Shown here: piece after piece, positions 17,446-27,245 of the stretch
Layout of the letters: each line of letters starts with the position of its first letter
Position numbering within the stretch: the first letter of the stretch is position 1
DNA from: a virus
Taxonomy: Duplodnaviria > Caudoviricetes
Reading direction: 5' to 3' (one strand)
IMG/VR virus record: IMGVR_UViG_3300043419_001551
Location: 1-52,358 of that record
DNA: 52,358 nucleotides
Translations under genes and position numbers: made by a program
The notes under the pieces: generated by a model
Told to the model about the DNA's origin: nothing
The model's input: the letters and a program-made list of their open reading frames with translations, nothing else
The model's database searches: none

Positions 17446-17966
17446 TGACCCGTGACTACATGGCAATCGAACGCGCCCGCGAGGCAGGCCAACAGCCCGA
17501 TTACGAGGACACGAAGGACTGCGGCTGTCGGGAGTGCTTCTTGGAAAACGAGGTCGAGCGGCTCCGTGTCGAACGGGACCGTGCTATTGATGACTGTGAA
17601 ATACTTGTTCGTGAAGTCCACGCTTTGGGTGCTGGGGCAGTCATGAAGTCGCTCTTCAATGACCGGCAGCCGGTAGCTCCGGCGGGTTCGACTCCCTCCC
17701 CAGCGCCCATCTCCGATTACCGAAAAAGCTACGCCGTCATGTTTCGACGTGAGGAGCGCGAGAAGCTGGAGGCTCTGGCGAAGGCAGAGCGGCTGACTGC
17801 CGAGGTCGAACAGTTGACTGCTGAGTTGTGCCGCATGAAGTCGAGACCCTGCGAGACAGAGTTCTCGCACCTTGATGTAATGTGGCAACAACTTGTCCGA
17901 GAGCGCGACAAAGCCGTGTTTGAAGTCCAAAGGCTACGCGCCCTTCCCGTCCACGAGAACAAGTGA
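17445..17966 (+). CDS. Hypothetical coiled-coil protein
   Basis: TGATG coupling; heptad-rich. Confidence 0.6.
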   Translation: MTRDYMAIERAREAGQQPDYEDTKDCGCRECFLENEVERLRVERDRAIDDCEILVREVHALGAGAVMKSLFNDRQPVAPAGSTPSPAPISDYRKSYAVMFRREEREKLEALAKAERLTAEVEQLTAELCRMKSRPCETEFSHLDVMWQQLVRERDKAVFEVQRLRALPVHENK

Positions 17967-18166
17967 TGTTTACCATCGGCAACGATGAATTGGAACAGGC
18001 TCCTGTGCTGCGCGACGAGCCGTTCCCCTGTTACCGCTGCGGCGATTTGCACCCCATCATCGACTCGCAGCCACCGGGAGCGTTGCAGGCGGTTCGCTGT
18101 GGCGACGGAACGTTCCTGGTAGGCATCAAGTGGCGGCGATTTACACCGCCAAGAGACAAGCCATGA
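17963..18166 (+). CDS. Small hypothetical protein (CxxC, possible zinc ribbon)
   Basis: Coupled ORF; CYRCG motif. Confidence 0.55.
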   Translation: MMFTIGNDELEQAPVLRDEPFPCYRCGDLHPIIDSQPPGALQAVRCGDGTFLVGIKWRRFTPPRDKP

Positions 18167-18408
18167 TCACCTGGAAGCGCAAGGGACCGAAGGGCTGCTA
18201 CCGCACTGTTCGCGAGGGGCGTATCGTCCTTCTTGAGAAGGCAAAGGCTCCCTACGACCAGCTTTGGCTCATGCACGAACCGGACGGAGCCGGTGGTCTC
18301 TCGACGAGTGTCGTCTTCGGCAAGACTTCCGAGCAGGCCCAGCGAGGTGCTACGGCTCTGCTCCTGCGACAGAAGCCGGGAACAGCCAAGCTCCTGAGCG
18401 TTACATGA
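18163..18408 (+). CDS. Hypothetical protein
   Basis: ATGA coupling. Confidence 0.55.
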   Translation: MITWKRKGPKGCYRTVREGRIVLLEKAKAPYDQLWLMHEPDGAGGLSTSVVFGKTSEQAQRGATALLLRQKPGTAKLLSVT

Positions 18409-18605
18409 AGTTCATCGTCGAGCTGATCAACAACGGTCGGGGTTCTGTGACAGGGAGTCTCGTCGATACGGACGATGACGGCTACACGCTGTACGAGGTC
18501 ACGGTCATGACCGACAGCACGAAGGACTCCCAGACCCGCGTTCTGCGCGACCTCGCGAGGCACCTGAACTGGTTCGTCGACCTGTCGGAAGGTGGGACGA
18601 AGTAG
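18405..18605 (+). CDS. Hypothetical protein
   Basis: ATGA coupling; followed by a terminator. Confidence 0.55.
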   Translation: MKFIVELINNGRGSVTGSLVDTDDDGYTLYEVTVMTDSTKDSQTRVLRDLARHLNWFVDLSEGGTK

Positions 18606-18625
18606 CGAACCGTGTGAAACCTAAC

Positions 18626-18663
18626 GCACCCGCCCACCTGTCGGTGAGCGGGTGTTCTTTTTT
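18626..18663 (+). terminator. Rho-independent terminator
   Basis: GCACCCGC...GCGGGTGT stem followed by TCTTTTTT. Confidence 0.75.
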
Positions 18664-18664
18664 C

Positions 18665-18693
18665 TTGACCCCTCTGTGACAGTCCGGCATAGT
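18665..18693 (+). promoter_or_regulatory. Sigma70-like promoter TTGACC-N17-CATAGT
   Basis: Correct spacing, directly after the terminator and upstream of the recombinase. Confidence 0.55.
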
Positions 18694-18742
18694 CCCCCTC
18701 GTCGCAGGTCGTAGGGGCCGACGACGCACCACCGAGGGTTCC

Positions 18743-19453
18743 GTGTCAAAGTCCAAGTCCAAGTCCAAGAAGCCCGTCGCCGACGCTACCAAGGCCGTCG
18801 CGTACATCCGCGTGTCCACCGACGAGCAACACCTCGGCCCCGAGGCTCAACTTGCCGCCATCGAACTTTGGGCGAGCCGGCAAGGTGTCACGGTCGTTGC
18901 CGTTCACCGCGACCTCGGTGTGTCCGGTGCGACGCCCTTGGCGGACTGCTCGGGACTCATGGCCGCGCTCGAAGACCTCCGTGTGCATGCCGCCGGTCTA
19001 CTCGTTGTCGCCAAGCGAGACCGTCTTGCCCGCGACGTCATGAAGTCCGCGATGGCCGAGGCTCGTGCCGAGGCACTCGGTGCTCGCATCGTGAGCACGG
19101 CCGGCGAGGGCGACGGTACCGACCCTGCCGCCAAGCTCATGCGAACCATCATCGACGCCTTTGCCGAGTACGAGCGGCTCATCATCGGTGCGCGCACGAA
19201 GGCTGCGCTTGCGGTCAAGAAGACCAAGGCCGAGCGCATCGGCGGCATTCCCTACGGCTTCTCGGACGTGGACGGTAAGCTGGTCCCGAACGAAGACGAG
19301 CAGCGGGTCATCAACCACGCCAAATATCTTTCTTCACAAGGACAGTCCATGCGTGGTATCTGCGCCACGTTCTGCATCGAAGGAGTCGTCTTCCGCAACT
19401 TCTCATGGAACAGTCCCGCTCACGCCGACCGTTTGATCAAGGCGGTTCTGTAA
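18743..19453 (+). CDS. Serine recombinase (resolvase/invertase family)
   Basis: AVAYIRVSTDEQ catalytic motif, GVSG, DRLAR, FAEYER. Confidence 0.9.
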   Translation: MSKSKSKSKKPVADATKAVAYIRVSTDEQHLGPEAQLAAIELWASRQGVTVVAVHRDLGVSGATPLADCSGLMAALEDLRVHAAGLLVVAKRDRLARDVMKSAMAEARAEALGARIVSTAGEGDGTDPAAKLMRTIIDAFAEYERLIIGARTKAALAVKKTKAERIGGIPYGFSDVDGKLVPNEDEQRVINHAKYLSSQGQSMRGICATFCIEGVVFRNFSWNSPAHADRLIKAVL

Positions 19454-19474
19454 CACTCACCCTAGGAGGTCACC

Positions 19475-19771
19475 GTGTTCGTCTCTTTTGCCACCGACTC
19501 AGGTATTCGTTTCGACGCTCACTTCTACGACGTCAAGGCCGACAAAATCGAGACCCGCTCGGTCACCGGCTGGGTGACAGGCGACGACGGTCTCAGCCAG
19601 GCCACAGTGCTGGTCCCCGATAGCGGCATTCAGGTTCGTGTGGGTGCGTTCCAAAACTTCCTCGCCGTGGTTCCGAAGGGACAGGAGGAGGCGCATCAGC
19701 CCCTCATCGACGCGAAGATCGCCGAGCTGAAGAAGGCGAGCGCGGAGTCGAAGCCTGTGGCAGAGGCGTAG
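19475..19771 (+). CDS. Hypothetical protein
   Basis: Strong AGGAGGT RBS before GTG. Confidence 0.7.
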   Translation: MFVSFATDSGIRFDAHFYDVKADKIETRSVTGWVTGDDGLSQATVLVPDSGIQVRVGAFQNFLAVVPKGQEEAHQPLIDAKIAELKKASAESKPVAEA

Positions 19772-19772
19772 T

Positions 19773-20096
19773 ATGGGCATCCGTGGACCGAAAGCCGACC
19801 ATGGTGATCGACTGCGATGGAAGTGTTCGGACTTTGACTGCTCGCACACGGTCGGTTGCCGCGACAAGGTTATGTACGCCGACAACGGCAACGTCCAAAT
19901 CCACGGGGAGGTCTCGTGGAACGAGAACGACCGGAAGTGGGATTGGTGCGTGCGGGTCGACCACTACGGCTCGTCGGATATGACGCAGGCACAGGTCGAG
20001 GCGATGGCCGCTCGTCACGCTCGTCGCATGGCGGGTCAGGTCGGGATGTTGTTTCGCGGACCGAAGGTGATGGCTCTTGTTGATCCAGAGGATTGA
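19773..20096 (+). CDS. Hypothetical protein
   Basis: Abuts the upstream gene; 107 aa. Confidence 0.55.
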   Translation: MGIRGPKADHGDRLRWKCSDFDCSHTVGCRDKVMYADNGNVQIHGEVSWNENDRKWDWCVRVDHYGSSDMTQAQVEAMAARHARRMAGQVGMLFRGPKVMALVDPED

Positions 20097-20218
20097 GCCG
20101 GTGACGCCCATCGACTGTCGGCTCTTCGACCGGCGAAGGGACGAACGAGGCCGCGAGCCGCGTGAGCAGCCGAAGGACACATTCACAAGGGCGTTGCAGG
20201 ACGCCCAGGAGCAGGAAG

Positions 20219-20425
20219 ATGGACGACCGCACTTTGGCGGAACGTAGATTCGACGAGCTGGTCGCTGAGCGTCGAGCGCAGGGCCGGAAGACCTATGGCA
20301 AAGGGCTCGACCACGACGACAACTACTGCTGGAAAATGATGGCCTTGGAAGAGGCTCTCGACATGGGCCAGTACCTCATGGCCCACATCGTCCGGCTGGA
20401 AGCCGAAATCGCGGGGCGAACGTGA
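20219..20425 (+). CDS. Small all-alpha phage protein (possibly MazG/dUTPase-like helical hairpin)
   Basis: ERxxxGxxxYG...W...LEEALD...YL pattern; AGGAG upstream. Confidence 0.5.
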   Translation: MDDRTLAERRFDELVAERRAQGRKTYGKGLDHDDNYCWKMMALEEALDMGQYLMAHIVRLEAEIAGRT

Positions 20426-20661
20426 TCTTTGAGTACGACATCGAGAACGAGGACGGCACCGTCTTCGACACGCTGGAGTGTGAGGCGCGGTTCTACGGAG
20501 CCAAGGGCGAGAAGCCCGAGGTCGACCGGCTCGTCGTCAAGCGAGGCAAGCGCGTCCTCACCGACACGGAGATCAACTTCTACTACGGCCTCGGCACCTA
20601 CGAGGCCATCAAGCAGTACGCCCTCGACAACGTCAACAAAACGCTGGAAGGTGAGCCGTGA
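20422..20661 (+). CDS. Hypothetical protein
   Basis: GTGA coupling, GC3-rich. Confidence 0.65.
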   Translation: MIFEYDIENEDGTVFDTLECEARFYGAKGEKPEVDRLVVKRGKRVLTDTEINFYYGLGTYEAIKQYALDNVNKTLEGEP

Positions 20662-20846
20662 CCGACAAGGATCTGAAGAGCTACGACACCCTGCTCAAGA
20701 GCACCGTGGGCGTCCGGTGGACGAACGAAGATGTGCAGCGCCTCGTGGACGAGGTCAGGCGGCTGCGTGACATTCTTGAGGTCGAACGTCCGGTAGCGCT
20801 GCGGGACCACTGGGTCGGAATGCCCCGCTTCATCGGGGGTCACTAG
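20658..20846 (+). CDS. Hypothetical protein
   Basis: GTGA coupling. Confidence 0.55.
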   Translation: MTDKDLKSYDTLLKSTVGVRWTNEDVQRLVDEVRRLRDILEVERPVALRDHWVGMPRFIGGH

Positions 20847-21389
20847 ATGGCGACAATCGAGGTGTTCACGGGGCCGATGTTCGCCGGCAAGACCACGGGC
20901 TTGCTCGACCGAGTTCACTGCTTCCGAGGGGCTGGTGTACCGACCTTGCTCGTGAAGCACGCCTCGGACAAGAGGTACGACAGCGGTCAGTCGGTCACAA
21001 CGCATTCGGGCATCGCGCTCGCTTGCGAGTCGGCCAGCGACGTCACGGACATCGCCATCCTGACGCAGAACAATCCCGACGTGAAAGTCGTCGCCATCGA
21101 CGAGGTCCAGTTCTTCGGCGGCGACGTAGCCGGATGGGCCGTTCTCGCCCGGTCGGTCGGCATCTCGGTCATCGTCGCGGGGCTGGACCGTGAGTCGAGT
21201 GGCAAGACCTTCGGTCCGATGGGGGAGCTACTCGCCCAGGCGGACGTGGTTCACAAGCTGAAGACCGACTGCAAGTGCGGCCTTCTCGCACATCAGACCC
21301 GACGTAAGCCCGACGCCCCCGAGGGCATGGTCGGCGGCGCAGAACGGTACGAGTCGGTGTGCTGGGAGTGCTACTACCGGCGCGGTTAG
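20847..21389 (+). CDS. tdk: Thymidine kinase
   Basis: GPMFAGKT, IDEVQFF, VAGLD, zinc-binding CKC...CWEC, GGAERY. Confidence 0.93.
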   Translation: MATIEVFTGPMFAGKTTGLLDRVHCFRGAGVPTLLVKHASDKRYDSGQSVTTHSGIALACESASDVTDIAILTQNNPDVKVVAIDEVQFFGGDVAGWAVLARSVGISVIVAGLDRESSGKTFGPMGELLAQADVVHKLKTDCKCGLLAHQTRRKPDAPEGMVGGAERYESVCWECYYRRG

Positions 21390-21925
21390 GCTATCCGAGC
21401 GTCGGCGGGATTGTACGGCTCGTAGGTCGTCTTCCCGCCGACGACGAACATGGACAGCTTCTCGTTTCGCTGAGCCTTGGTCTTCGGGTGCAGGTAGCCG
21501 ACGTGGACCCACGTCCGCTCAAAGATGACCTGGTCGAGCTTCACGCCGCTCGCGATGATGTCGTTCATCAGCTTCTTACAACCGTGAGCCGGGTGGAGGT
21601 CGGCGGCGAGACCGAACGAGTGGGCGCTCGTCTTCGACCCGCCGACCGCGTCGTTCACCGGGTCGCTACGATAGCCGGAATTGATACGGAGCGGTCCGAC
21701 CTTGGCCCGGATGGGTTCGAGGACGTTGACGCACAGGCTCTTGAGGTTCGCGAGCACCTCGGGCGACGGGTCGTTGTCCAACCCCTTCGACTTCGCGGTG
21801 TTGGACGCCAGCAGCTCGGACAGGCGGAAGTGGGGCGAGAGCTGGACGTCGGGACACTTGCCGTCCCCGCCGCAGCGAACGCAAGCCTTGTTCTTGCCCC
21901 AGCACTTCGGACAGTCCATTTCCAT
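21386..21925 (-). CDS. Endolysin, peptidase M15A family, with N-terminal zinc-finger-like motif
   Basis: LSPHFRLSEL, INSGYRS, SAHSFGLAAD, WVHVG; N-terminal CPKC...CVRCGGDG. Confidence 0.85.
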   Translation of the reverse strand: MEMDCPKCWGKNKACVRCGGDGKCPDVQLSPHFRLSELLASNTAKSKGLDNDPSPEVLANLKSLCVNVLEPIRAKVGPLRINSGYRSDPVNDAVGGSKTSAHSFGLAADLHPAHGCKKLMNDIIASGVKLDQVIFERTWVHVGYLHPKTKAQRNEKLSMFVVGGKTTYEPYNPADARIA

Positions 21926-21930
21926 GTTGG

Positions 21931-22203
21931 CTACTCCGCGCACCGCTTAGGGTCCTGACTGCAAATCCACAGCGCCAGACGACGGTCGGTACGTTGAATG
22001 GCGTCGAGCACACGAGCCATGGACTCCCGCTGCTGCACCCGGTCGAGCTCCAGACCGACGACCCGCTGCTCCAGTGCGTCGAACCGGCTGTTCGTGTTCG
22101 CCCACATGGCCCCGAGGCCGGTCAACCCCATCACCGCGCTCAAGAGTATCGGCCACCACTGTCGAAGGGCGTCCATGGGCGGGTGGTTGGAGGGCGTCGT
22201 CAT
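21931..22203 (-). CDS. Putative holin or lysis-associated membrane protein
   Basis: One predicted TM helix plus coiled coil, directly upstream of the endolysin. Confidence 0.5.
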   Translation of the reverse strand: MTTPSNHPPMDALRQWWPILLSAVMGLTGLGAMWANTNSRFDALEQRVVGLELDRVQQRESMARVLDAIQRTDRRLALWICSQDPKRCAE

Positions 22204-22293
22204 GGTGTCGGTCTCGTGCCGGAGGGCGTATAAAATCGGCACACTCGGGGTGCCGTAACCCCTTGGAACTACAGGGGTTTCATGGGTTCTTGT

Positions 22294-24825
22294 TTAAGGG
22301 GCTGCCATCGCATCACGCACACGGGCGTCCTCTCGAATGGCCTGAAGCATCGAAGACACAAGGCCTGTCTTCTCGGCCAGCTTTCGCCACTTCTCAGAGC
22401 CTTCAAAGCCCTGACGCAGCACCTCGTCAAACCGCTTCAGCAGCACATTGGCGGCGGCAGCGTCTCGGTATTCCTTGCCCATCTCGACCGTGGACAGGAA
22501 CTCGCGAGCGTTGGCCGGGTCGGTCAGCTTGTTGGCGAGCACGCCGCGCAGCCAGCCGCCCGAAACCTTGAGCGTATTCGGGTTGAAGCGAGCACCTTCG
22601 GACGCAAGCAGACCGAGCGTCGCGGCCACGGGGCCGACGTTCGCGAGCGGGCGTTCGGCCTTTTCGCCAGGGATACGAACTCCCGGCTCCAAGCCCTCGA
22701 CGACACGCCTGCCCTGCTGCAAGGCCAGTTCGACCTGTCGCTGCTCCTCGGGCGTGGCCGGAACGAAGTCACGAACGCCCTGCGGTCCTGCGGCCTCCAG
22801 CCCCGCAGCAGCCTTTCGCTGCGCCTCGGTCGCTGCCGAAGGAACCGCTCGACGTTCTGCGGCGACGTCCTCGGCCTGCCGACGCTCCAGCTTGGCACGC
22901 TCGACGGCCAGTTCGCGCTCAAGTTCCGGCGAGATGGCGGTGCCACGAGCCTCAGCAAGTCGCTTTTCTAGGTCGGCAATCTTGGCGACCTGCTGCTCGT
23001 AGGCTGGCGTCACACCACGACCAACGGGAAGACGAGTGTCCGCCGCCACGAAACGGCCCACAGGGCGCTCTGTCTCAAACACCAACGAGTAGGGGATAGC
23101 GAGGTCGTTGTCCGAAAGCTGAAGACCGAAGCGCTTAGCCAAAGCTGCGTGCTGCTCCGGTGTGAGTTGCGAAACCTGCGCCCTCTGTGCCTCGGCCTGA
23201 GCCATCTCCCTGTAGTTTGGAGCGGAAGCCACACGGGCCTCGGCACGCTTCAACAGGTCGGACTGCTTGCCTTCGACTCCGGCAAGTGCCTTCTGGACTT
23301 CACGGCGAACGTAGCCTTCGGGGTCCGCCTGGTACTCGCGAATGACCGCAAACGCAGGCTCCGTCCACTTTTCTCGCGTCTCTTTCAGACCGGCGAGCAT
23401 GTCAATCCACTCAGGCGGAAGCGGCCGACGTTCGGCCACCGTCGAGGCCAGCACCTCGTCAGCCCGGTCGATATCCAAGAGTCGACCAAAGACCTCGCCG
23501 TGCTTCTGTGCAATACGCGCCCGCACCGAAGCCTCGATGTCACCCTTCTCGGCCTCCAGCTTACGAAGGTCGGAAGCCAGCTTCGCGTCTTCGCGTCCGC
23601 CGAGGGCCTCAAGCTGCGCGGCTCGGGCTTCGGTCTTGTTGGCAAGCTTGACGGCCTTGAACAGGTCGTTGTTGGCTCGCTTCTCTCTAACCGCGACCTC
23701 CTTGGCTGCAAGCTCCGGCAACTTGCCCTGCTCCTGCTCGATTTGCCGCTGAAGCTGCATCCGCTCCTTGACAGAGACCTGGTCTCCTTTGCGTGCAAGG
23801 CTTTCGCGAAGGTCTTCAATCTTGCGTTCGACCCCCATCCTGTCCTTCGTCGCTTGAATGCTTGCCGACTCAACCTCACGAGCCTGCGCCATTTCGGCCG
23901 AGGTCAGCGCCTCGCGAGCCGCAGCTACGGGCGCACGAACTTCCTTTTCCAGCACCTGCGTCTCAGCCCGAGCCGCACGTCCTGCGAGGGGCTTGCGAAG
24001 GGTCTGGAACGTCTTGCCAAGACCGGCTGCTGTAACGCCGCCAGCGCCGAGTAGTGTGGTCAGGGCCTGCGTAGTCCTGTCCGCTGGAGTTTCGGCCGTC
24101 AGAGTCGACACGGCCGGAAGACCAACGAGCGCAGCCGTAGGTGCAGCCTGAATTGCGCGGCCAGCGGCCCGCACAGGCATCGACAAACCCTTCACGAGGA
24201 CGTTGCTGTCCTTGACCGCTTCTGCGGTCTTGCCAGCTAGACCTGCGCCACCAAGTTCAAAGCCGCGAGCCACAGCCGGTACCGCAGCACCAACGCCCGC
24301 CGCCGCAAGAGCCTCACCCGGAGTCGCTCCGGCCTCGCGGGCCTGCGCGTAGGACACGGGCGCTTGACCGGCCTGCTCCAGCAGATATCGACCGGCCTTC
24401 TGAAGACCAGACAATGCCACGGGTGCCGCTTCCGTCACGACGGGAGCAGCAACGCGCAGGACGCCCTCGCCGAGTTTTCCGGCCAAACGTCCGACGCCAA
24501 GAAGAGAAGCAAACTGCCCGGCACCGTACTGAATGGGTTGTGCTTCCTTTGTCTTGGCGAATCGTTGTTCGACCTCCTGACGACTCTCCTCATAGGTCTT
24601 GGGGCTGAACGCAGACTCAATGCCCGCCACAGCCGCCTTTCCGCCAGGCGTCCAATCAATCAAGCCGCGACCAAGACCGGACAAAGTACCGAGGTCTTCG
24701 TCAGGGGTAGCAGGAGAGGGCGCAGCAGGCGCAGCGTCAGGTAGTGCGTCAAACTCGTCATTCAGTGACTTGGCCGCAAGAGCATCGGGCAGCGCGTCGA
24801 ACTCGTCGTTCAAGGTCGCCATCAC
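22294..24825 (-). CDS. Putative internal virion (ejection) protein
   Basis: 843 aa, Ala/Gly/Glu-rich and helical; position after the tail genes typical of podoviruses. Confidence 0.55.
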   Translation of the reverse strand: MMATLNDEFDALPDALAAKSLNDEFDALPDAAPAAPSPATPDEDLGTLSGLGRGLIDWTPGGKAAVAGIESAFSPKTYEESRQEVEQRFAKTKEAQPIQYGAGQFASLLGVGRLAGKLGEGVLRVAAPVVTEAAPVALSGLQKAGRYLLEQAGQAPVSYAQAREAGATPGEALAAAGVGAAVPAVARGFELGGAGLAGKTAEAVKDSNVLVKGLSMPVRAAGRAIQAAPTAALVGLPAVSTLTAETPADRTTQALTTLLGAGGVTAAGLGKTFQTLRKPLAGRAARAETQVLEKEVRAPVAAAREALTSAEMAQAREVESASIQATKDRMGVERKIEDLRESLARKGDQVSVKERMQLQRQIEQEQGKLPELAAKEVAVREKRANNDLFKAVKLANKTEARAAQLEALGGREDAKLASDLRKLEAEKGDIEASVRARIAQKHGEVFGRLLDIDRADEVLASTVAERRPLPPEWIDMLAGLKETREKWTEPAFAVIREYQADPEGYVRREVQKALAGVEGKQSDLLKRAEARVASAPNYREMAQAEAQRAQVSQLTPEQHAALAKRFGLQLSDNDLAIPYSLVFETERPVGRFVAADTRLPVGRGVTPAYEQQVAKIADLEKRLAEARGTAISPELERELAVERAKLERRQAEDVAAERRAVPSAATEAQRKAAAGLEAAGPQGVRDFVPATPEEQRQVELALQQGRRVVEGLEPGVRIPGEKAERPLANVGPVAATLGLLASEGARFNPNTLKVSGGWLRGVLANKLTDPANAREFLSTVEMGKEYRDAAAANVLLKRFDEVLRQGFEGSEKWRKLAEKTGLVSSMLQAIREDARVRDAMAAP

Positions 24826-26396
24826 GAAACCTCTTCAAAGTCGGGATTGGCAAGCCACTTGGCCTTGACGGCAGCAGGAACCGTCTTGGTCTTGCCGTCT
24901 GACTTGCGTCGAATTTGGATAGTCGTAGGTGCTGGCGAGGGAGCAGGACCCGCCGTCGTAGGAGACGTCATTCCCGCCGCCTTCTGAAGCGTAGGATTCG
25001 GACGGAAGACAGGGTCTTCTGAGGTCAAGCCGCCCGTATTCCGAAGCAGGCTGAGCACTTCCATCTGGTCGATGGCCGCGTTACCTGTACCTGCACCGAA
25101 AGGTGCTTGAGTACGACGAAGAGCGTCCTGTGTGATCTGCTTCAACGTCTCAACGGCCAGCGGTGCCTTGCGCGGGTCAGCATACCAGTTCAGACCAAAC
25201 TGGTTCTCAAAGGACGCAAGCTCCTGTCCAACGGCAGCAAGACCAGTCTTGAGCTTTTGGTAGCTTTGCTTGAGACCTTCCTGTCCCTGCAACGCACGAA
25301 GCTCTGGCGTTGAGACGAGCGACTGTCCGATGAGCGGAATCTTCGACGCAGCTTTGGCTCCGAGCGAAAGCTGTCCCGTCCCGAGAGCAGACAAAGCTGC
25401 GTCGGCCTCCTTAAGCGACGAGACGATTTCTTGAAACGGCTTCGTTTGCGCGTTGAGGTCCTTGAGTCGGTTCGTCAGAGCCTCCGGCTTGATGCCCCGC
25501 TCTTCAGCAGCAGGCTTGGCAGCGCGTTCAGCAGCCAACGCAGCAGCCGCTCGGGCTATCGCCTCTGTGGCGCGGTTATGTGTGATTCGCTCTTCAAGGG
25601 TACCTTCTTTGACCTCAGCGCCTCTGAGCGCGACCTCGGGCTTGACTCCTTCGGTCTTGGCCCGAGCCCTGTCCAAAGCAATCTGCTCCTCCAGGCGAAC
25701 GAACTGCGGGAAGTTGGCCTTGCGCGTCATGCCATAGAGCTTGGTTAGGGAATCCGTCTGCTCAGGGAACCGAGAGATGAGGTAGTCGACCTGCGCCTTG
25801 TTGTTCGCGACTTCCTGAGCGTCGGTGATCTCCTTTTCCTGACGCTTCGCCCTCAGAGCCTCGATCTGCTTCATGCGCTCGCCGAGGGTGTCGGCGGCAC
25901 CGGAACGGAGGTTCTGACCGGAGATAACGCTCCCCGAGCCTTCGAGCGCACGAACAAGGGCCTGACCCATCGACAGCCGACCCAGCTCGTCGTCGCCACC
26001 GGAACCGGCATCGACCGGAGGAGGCTTCACGGTCGAGGACGTGCCGGCGGGAGGAGCGGGTTGAGTCGAGGTCGTCGGGGCGATGACTCCGGTCGTCGGA
26101 GCCGGGACGTCGGCACGGGCAGGGGCGGAAGCGATGGGGATGGGCTGTGCTTCGAAAGCTTCCTTGACGCGCAAATGCTCAGGAAGGTCCATACCCCGCT
26201 TGGCGTAAGCCGACCGTGCGCGACGAAGGTCTTCCGCCTCCCAAGTGGCGCGACCGAGCGCGGCAAGCGGTCCCTTGGAAGGCAGAGTGGCTTCGCGAAA
26301 CTCGTCCGGCGTAACGCCTGCCAGCTTGGCGTCCGCCTCTTCGGCCGCATCTATGTCGGCAAAATACTTCTGAAGCTCACTCGCGTTGGTCGCCAT
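24822..26396 (-). CDS. Putative internal virion (ejection) protein
   Basis: 524-aa helical protein coupled to the next gene. Confidence 0.5.
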   Translation of the reverse strand: MATNASELQKYFADIDAAEEADAKLAGVTPDEFREATLPSKGPLAALGRATWEAEDLRRARSAYAKRGMDLPEHLRVKEAFEAQPIPIASAPARADVPAPTTGVIAPTTSTQPAPPAGTSSTVKPPPVDAGSGGDDELGRLSMGQALVRALEGSGSVISGQNLRSGAADTLGERMKQIEALRAKRQEKEITDAQEVANNKAQVDYLISRFPEQTDSLTKLYGMTRKANFPQFVRLEEQIALDRARAKTEGVKPEVALRGAEVKEGTLEERITHNRATEAIARAAAALAAERAAKPAAEERGIKPEALTNRLKDLNAQTKPFQEIVSSLKEADAALSALGTGQLSLGAKAASKIPLIGQSLVSTPELRALQGQEGLKQSYQKLKTGLAAVGQELASFENQFGLNWYADPRKAPLAVETLKQITQDALRRTQAPFGAGTGNAAIDQMEVLSLLRNTGGLTSEDPVFRPNPTLQKAAGMTSPTTAGPAPSPAPTTIQIRRKSDGKTKTVPAAVKAKWLANPDFEEVS

Positions 26397-26398
26397 GA

Positions 26399-27229
26399 CT
26401 ACACCCCTTCCTTCTTCTTCTGTTCCCGCGACCAGATATCCGTACCCGCCGTAATGAACGGCGTACCGAAGGTCGTGCCGATAGCCGCGACCTGCTTACC
26501 GGGCTGCGTGGCGAGGTCGTACAACGGCATTGCCGTTCCGGTCTTCATGCCCGCCTTGCTCTGGGCCACGTTCAACTGTGCCTGACCCCGGATACGCCGC
26601 ATCTCGTCTGCGGCCTGCGCCCTTCGCTCGGCTTCGCCGTAAGCTTGCTGGCGGACGTTCGTGCCGAGATTGCCCTGCGCCTGCATGGCTTGGAACGCTC
26701 GACGCTGAGCTTGAGCGGCGACGTCGAGGCCCTGCTGACCGGCGCGGTTGGCCGCTTGCGAGGCGGTCTGGAACGCGGCCACCCGCTCGGCCCCGCCGCC
26801 CGAGATGCCTCGACGAGCGAAGGCTTCCTGAGTCGCGGCCCGCTGGCTCGCTGCCGTAGCGGCGGTCTCGGCCTGAATCTGCCGGATGGCCGCTTCTTCC
26901 TCGGGCGTGTAGCCCTTCTCGGAGACCTGCTGAAGCTGGCGAAGGGCATTACGCTGAGCGGCGACCGCTTCCGGCGAGATGTTCTCGGCGTTCAGACCTT
27001 CCAAGGCACTCGGTCCACCCAGCTCGCGCTCGATGATGCCGTAAGCCTCGGGACCGTACTTATCGACGGCGTCTTGAATCGCGGCACGCGCCTTGTCGGC
27101 CTCGCCCGCGTTCATGTACATGCCGACAAGCTGCGCGACACCGGCGATTGCGGCACCACCGATTATCAAAGGAAGGGCAGCACCTCCTGTGGCGGCGGTT
27201 CCGGCTGCTGCTGCGGTAAGCGGGTCCAT
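26399..27229 (-). CDS. Putative ejection/pilot protein
   Basis: N-terminal Gly/Ala hydrophobic segment, Ala/Gln-rich helices, RRGISGGG motif. Confidence 0.55.
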   Translation of the reverse strand: MDPLTAAAAGTAATGGAALPLIIGGAAIAGVAQLVGMYMNAGEADKARAAIQDAVDKYGPEAYGIIERELGGPSALEGLNAENISPEAVAAQRNALRQLQQVSEKGYTPEEEAAIRQIQAETAATAASQRAATQEAFARRGISGGGAERVAAFQTASQAANRAGQQGLDVAAQAQRRAFQAMQAQGNLGTNVRQQAYGEAERRAQAADEMRRIRGQAQLNVAQSKAGMKTGTAMPLYDLATQPGKQVAAIGTTFGTPFITAGTDIWSREQKKKEGV

Positions 27230-27245
27230 GAGTGTGTCCTAGCTT

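Noticed and set aside
20189-20206. Additional copy of the GUAGG hairpin (GGGCGT-TGCAGG-ACGCCC)
   Set aside because: Loop size and sequence differ and there is no second stem; too weak to include without a covariance-model score
22294-24825. Tape measure protein or virion RNA polymerase
   Set aside because: No tail tube, sheath or chaperone genes and no polymerase motifs; context fits podovirus ejection proteins better
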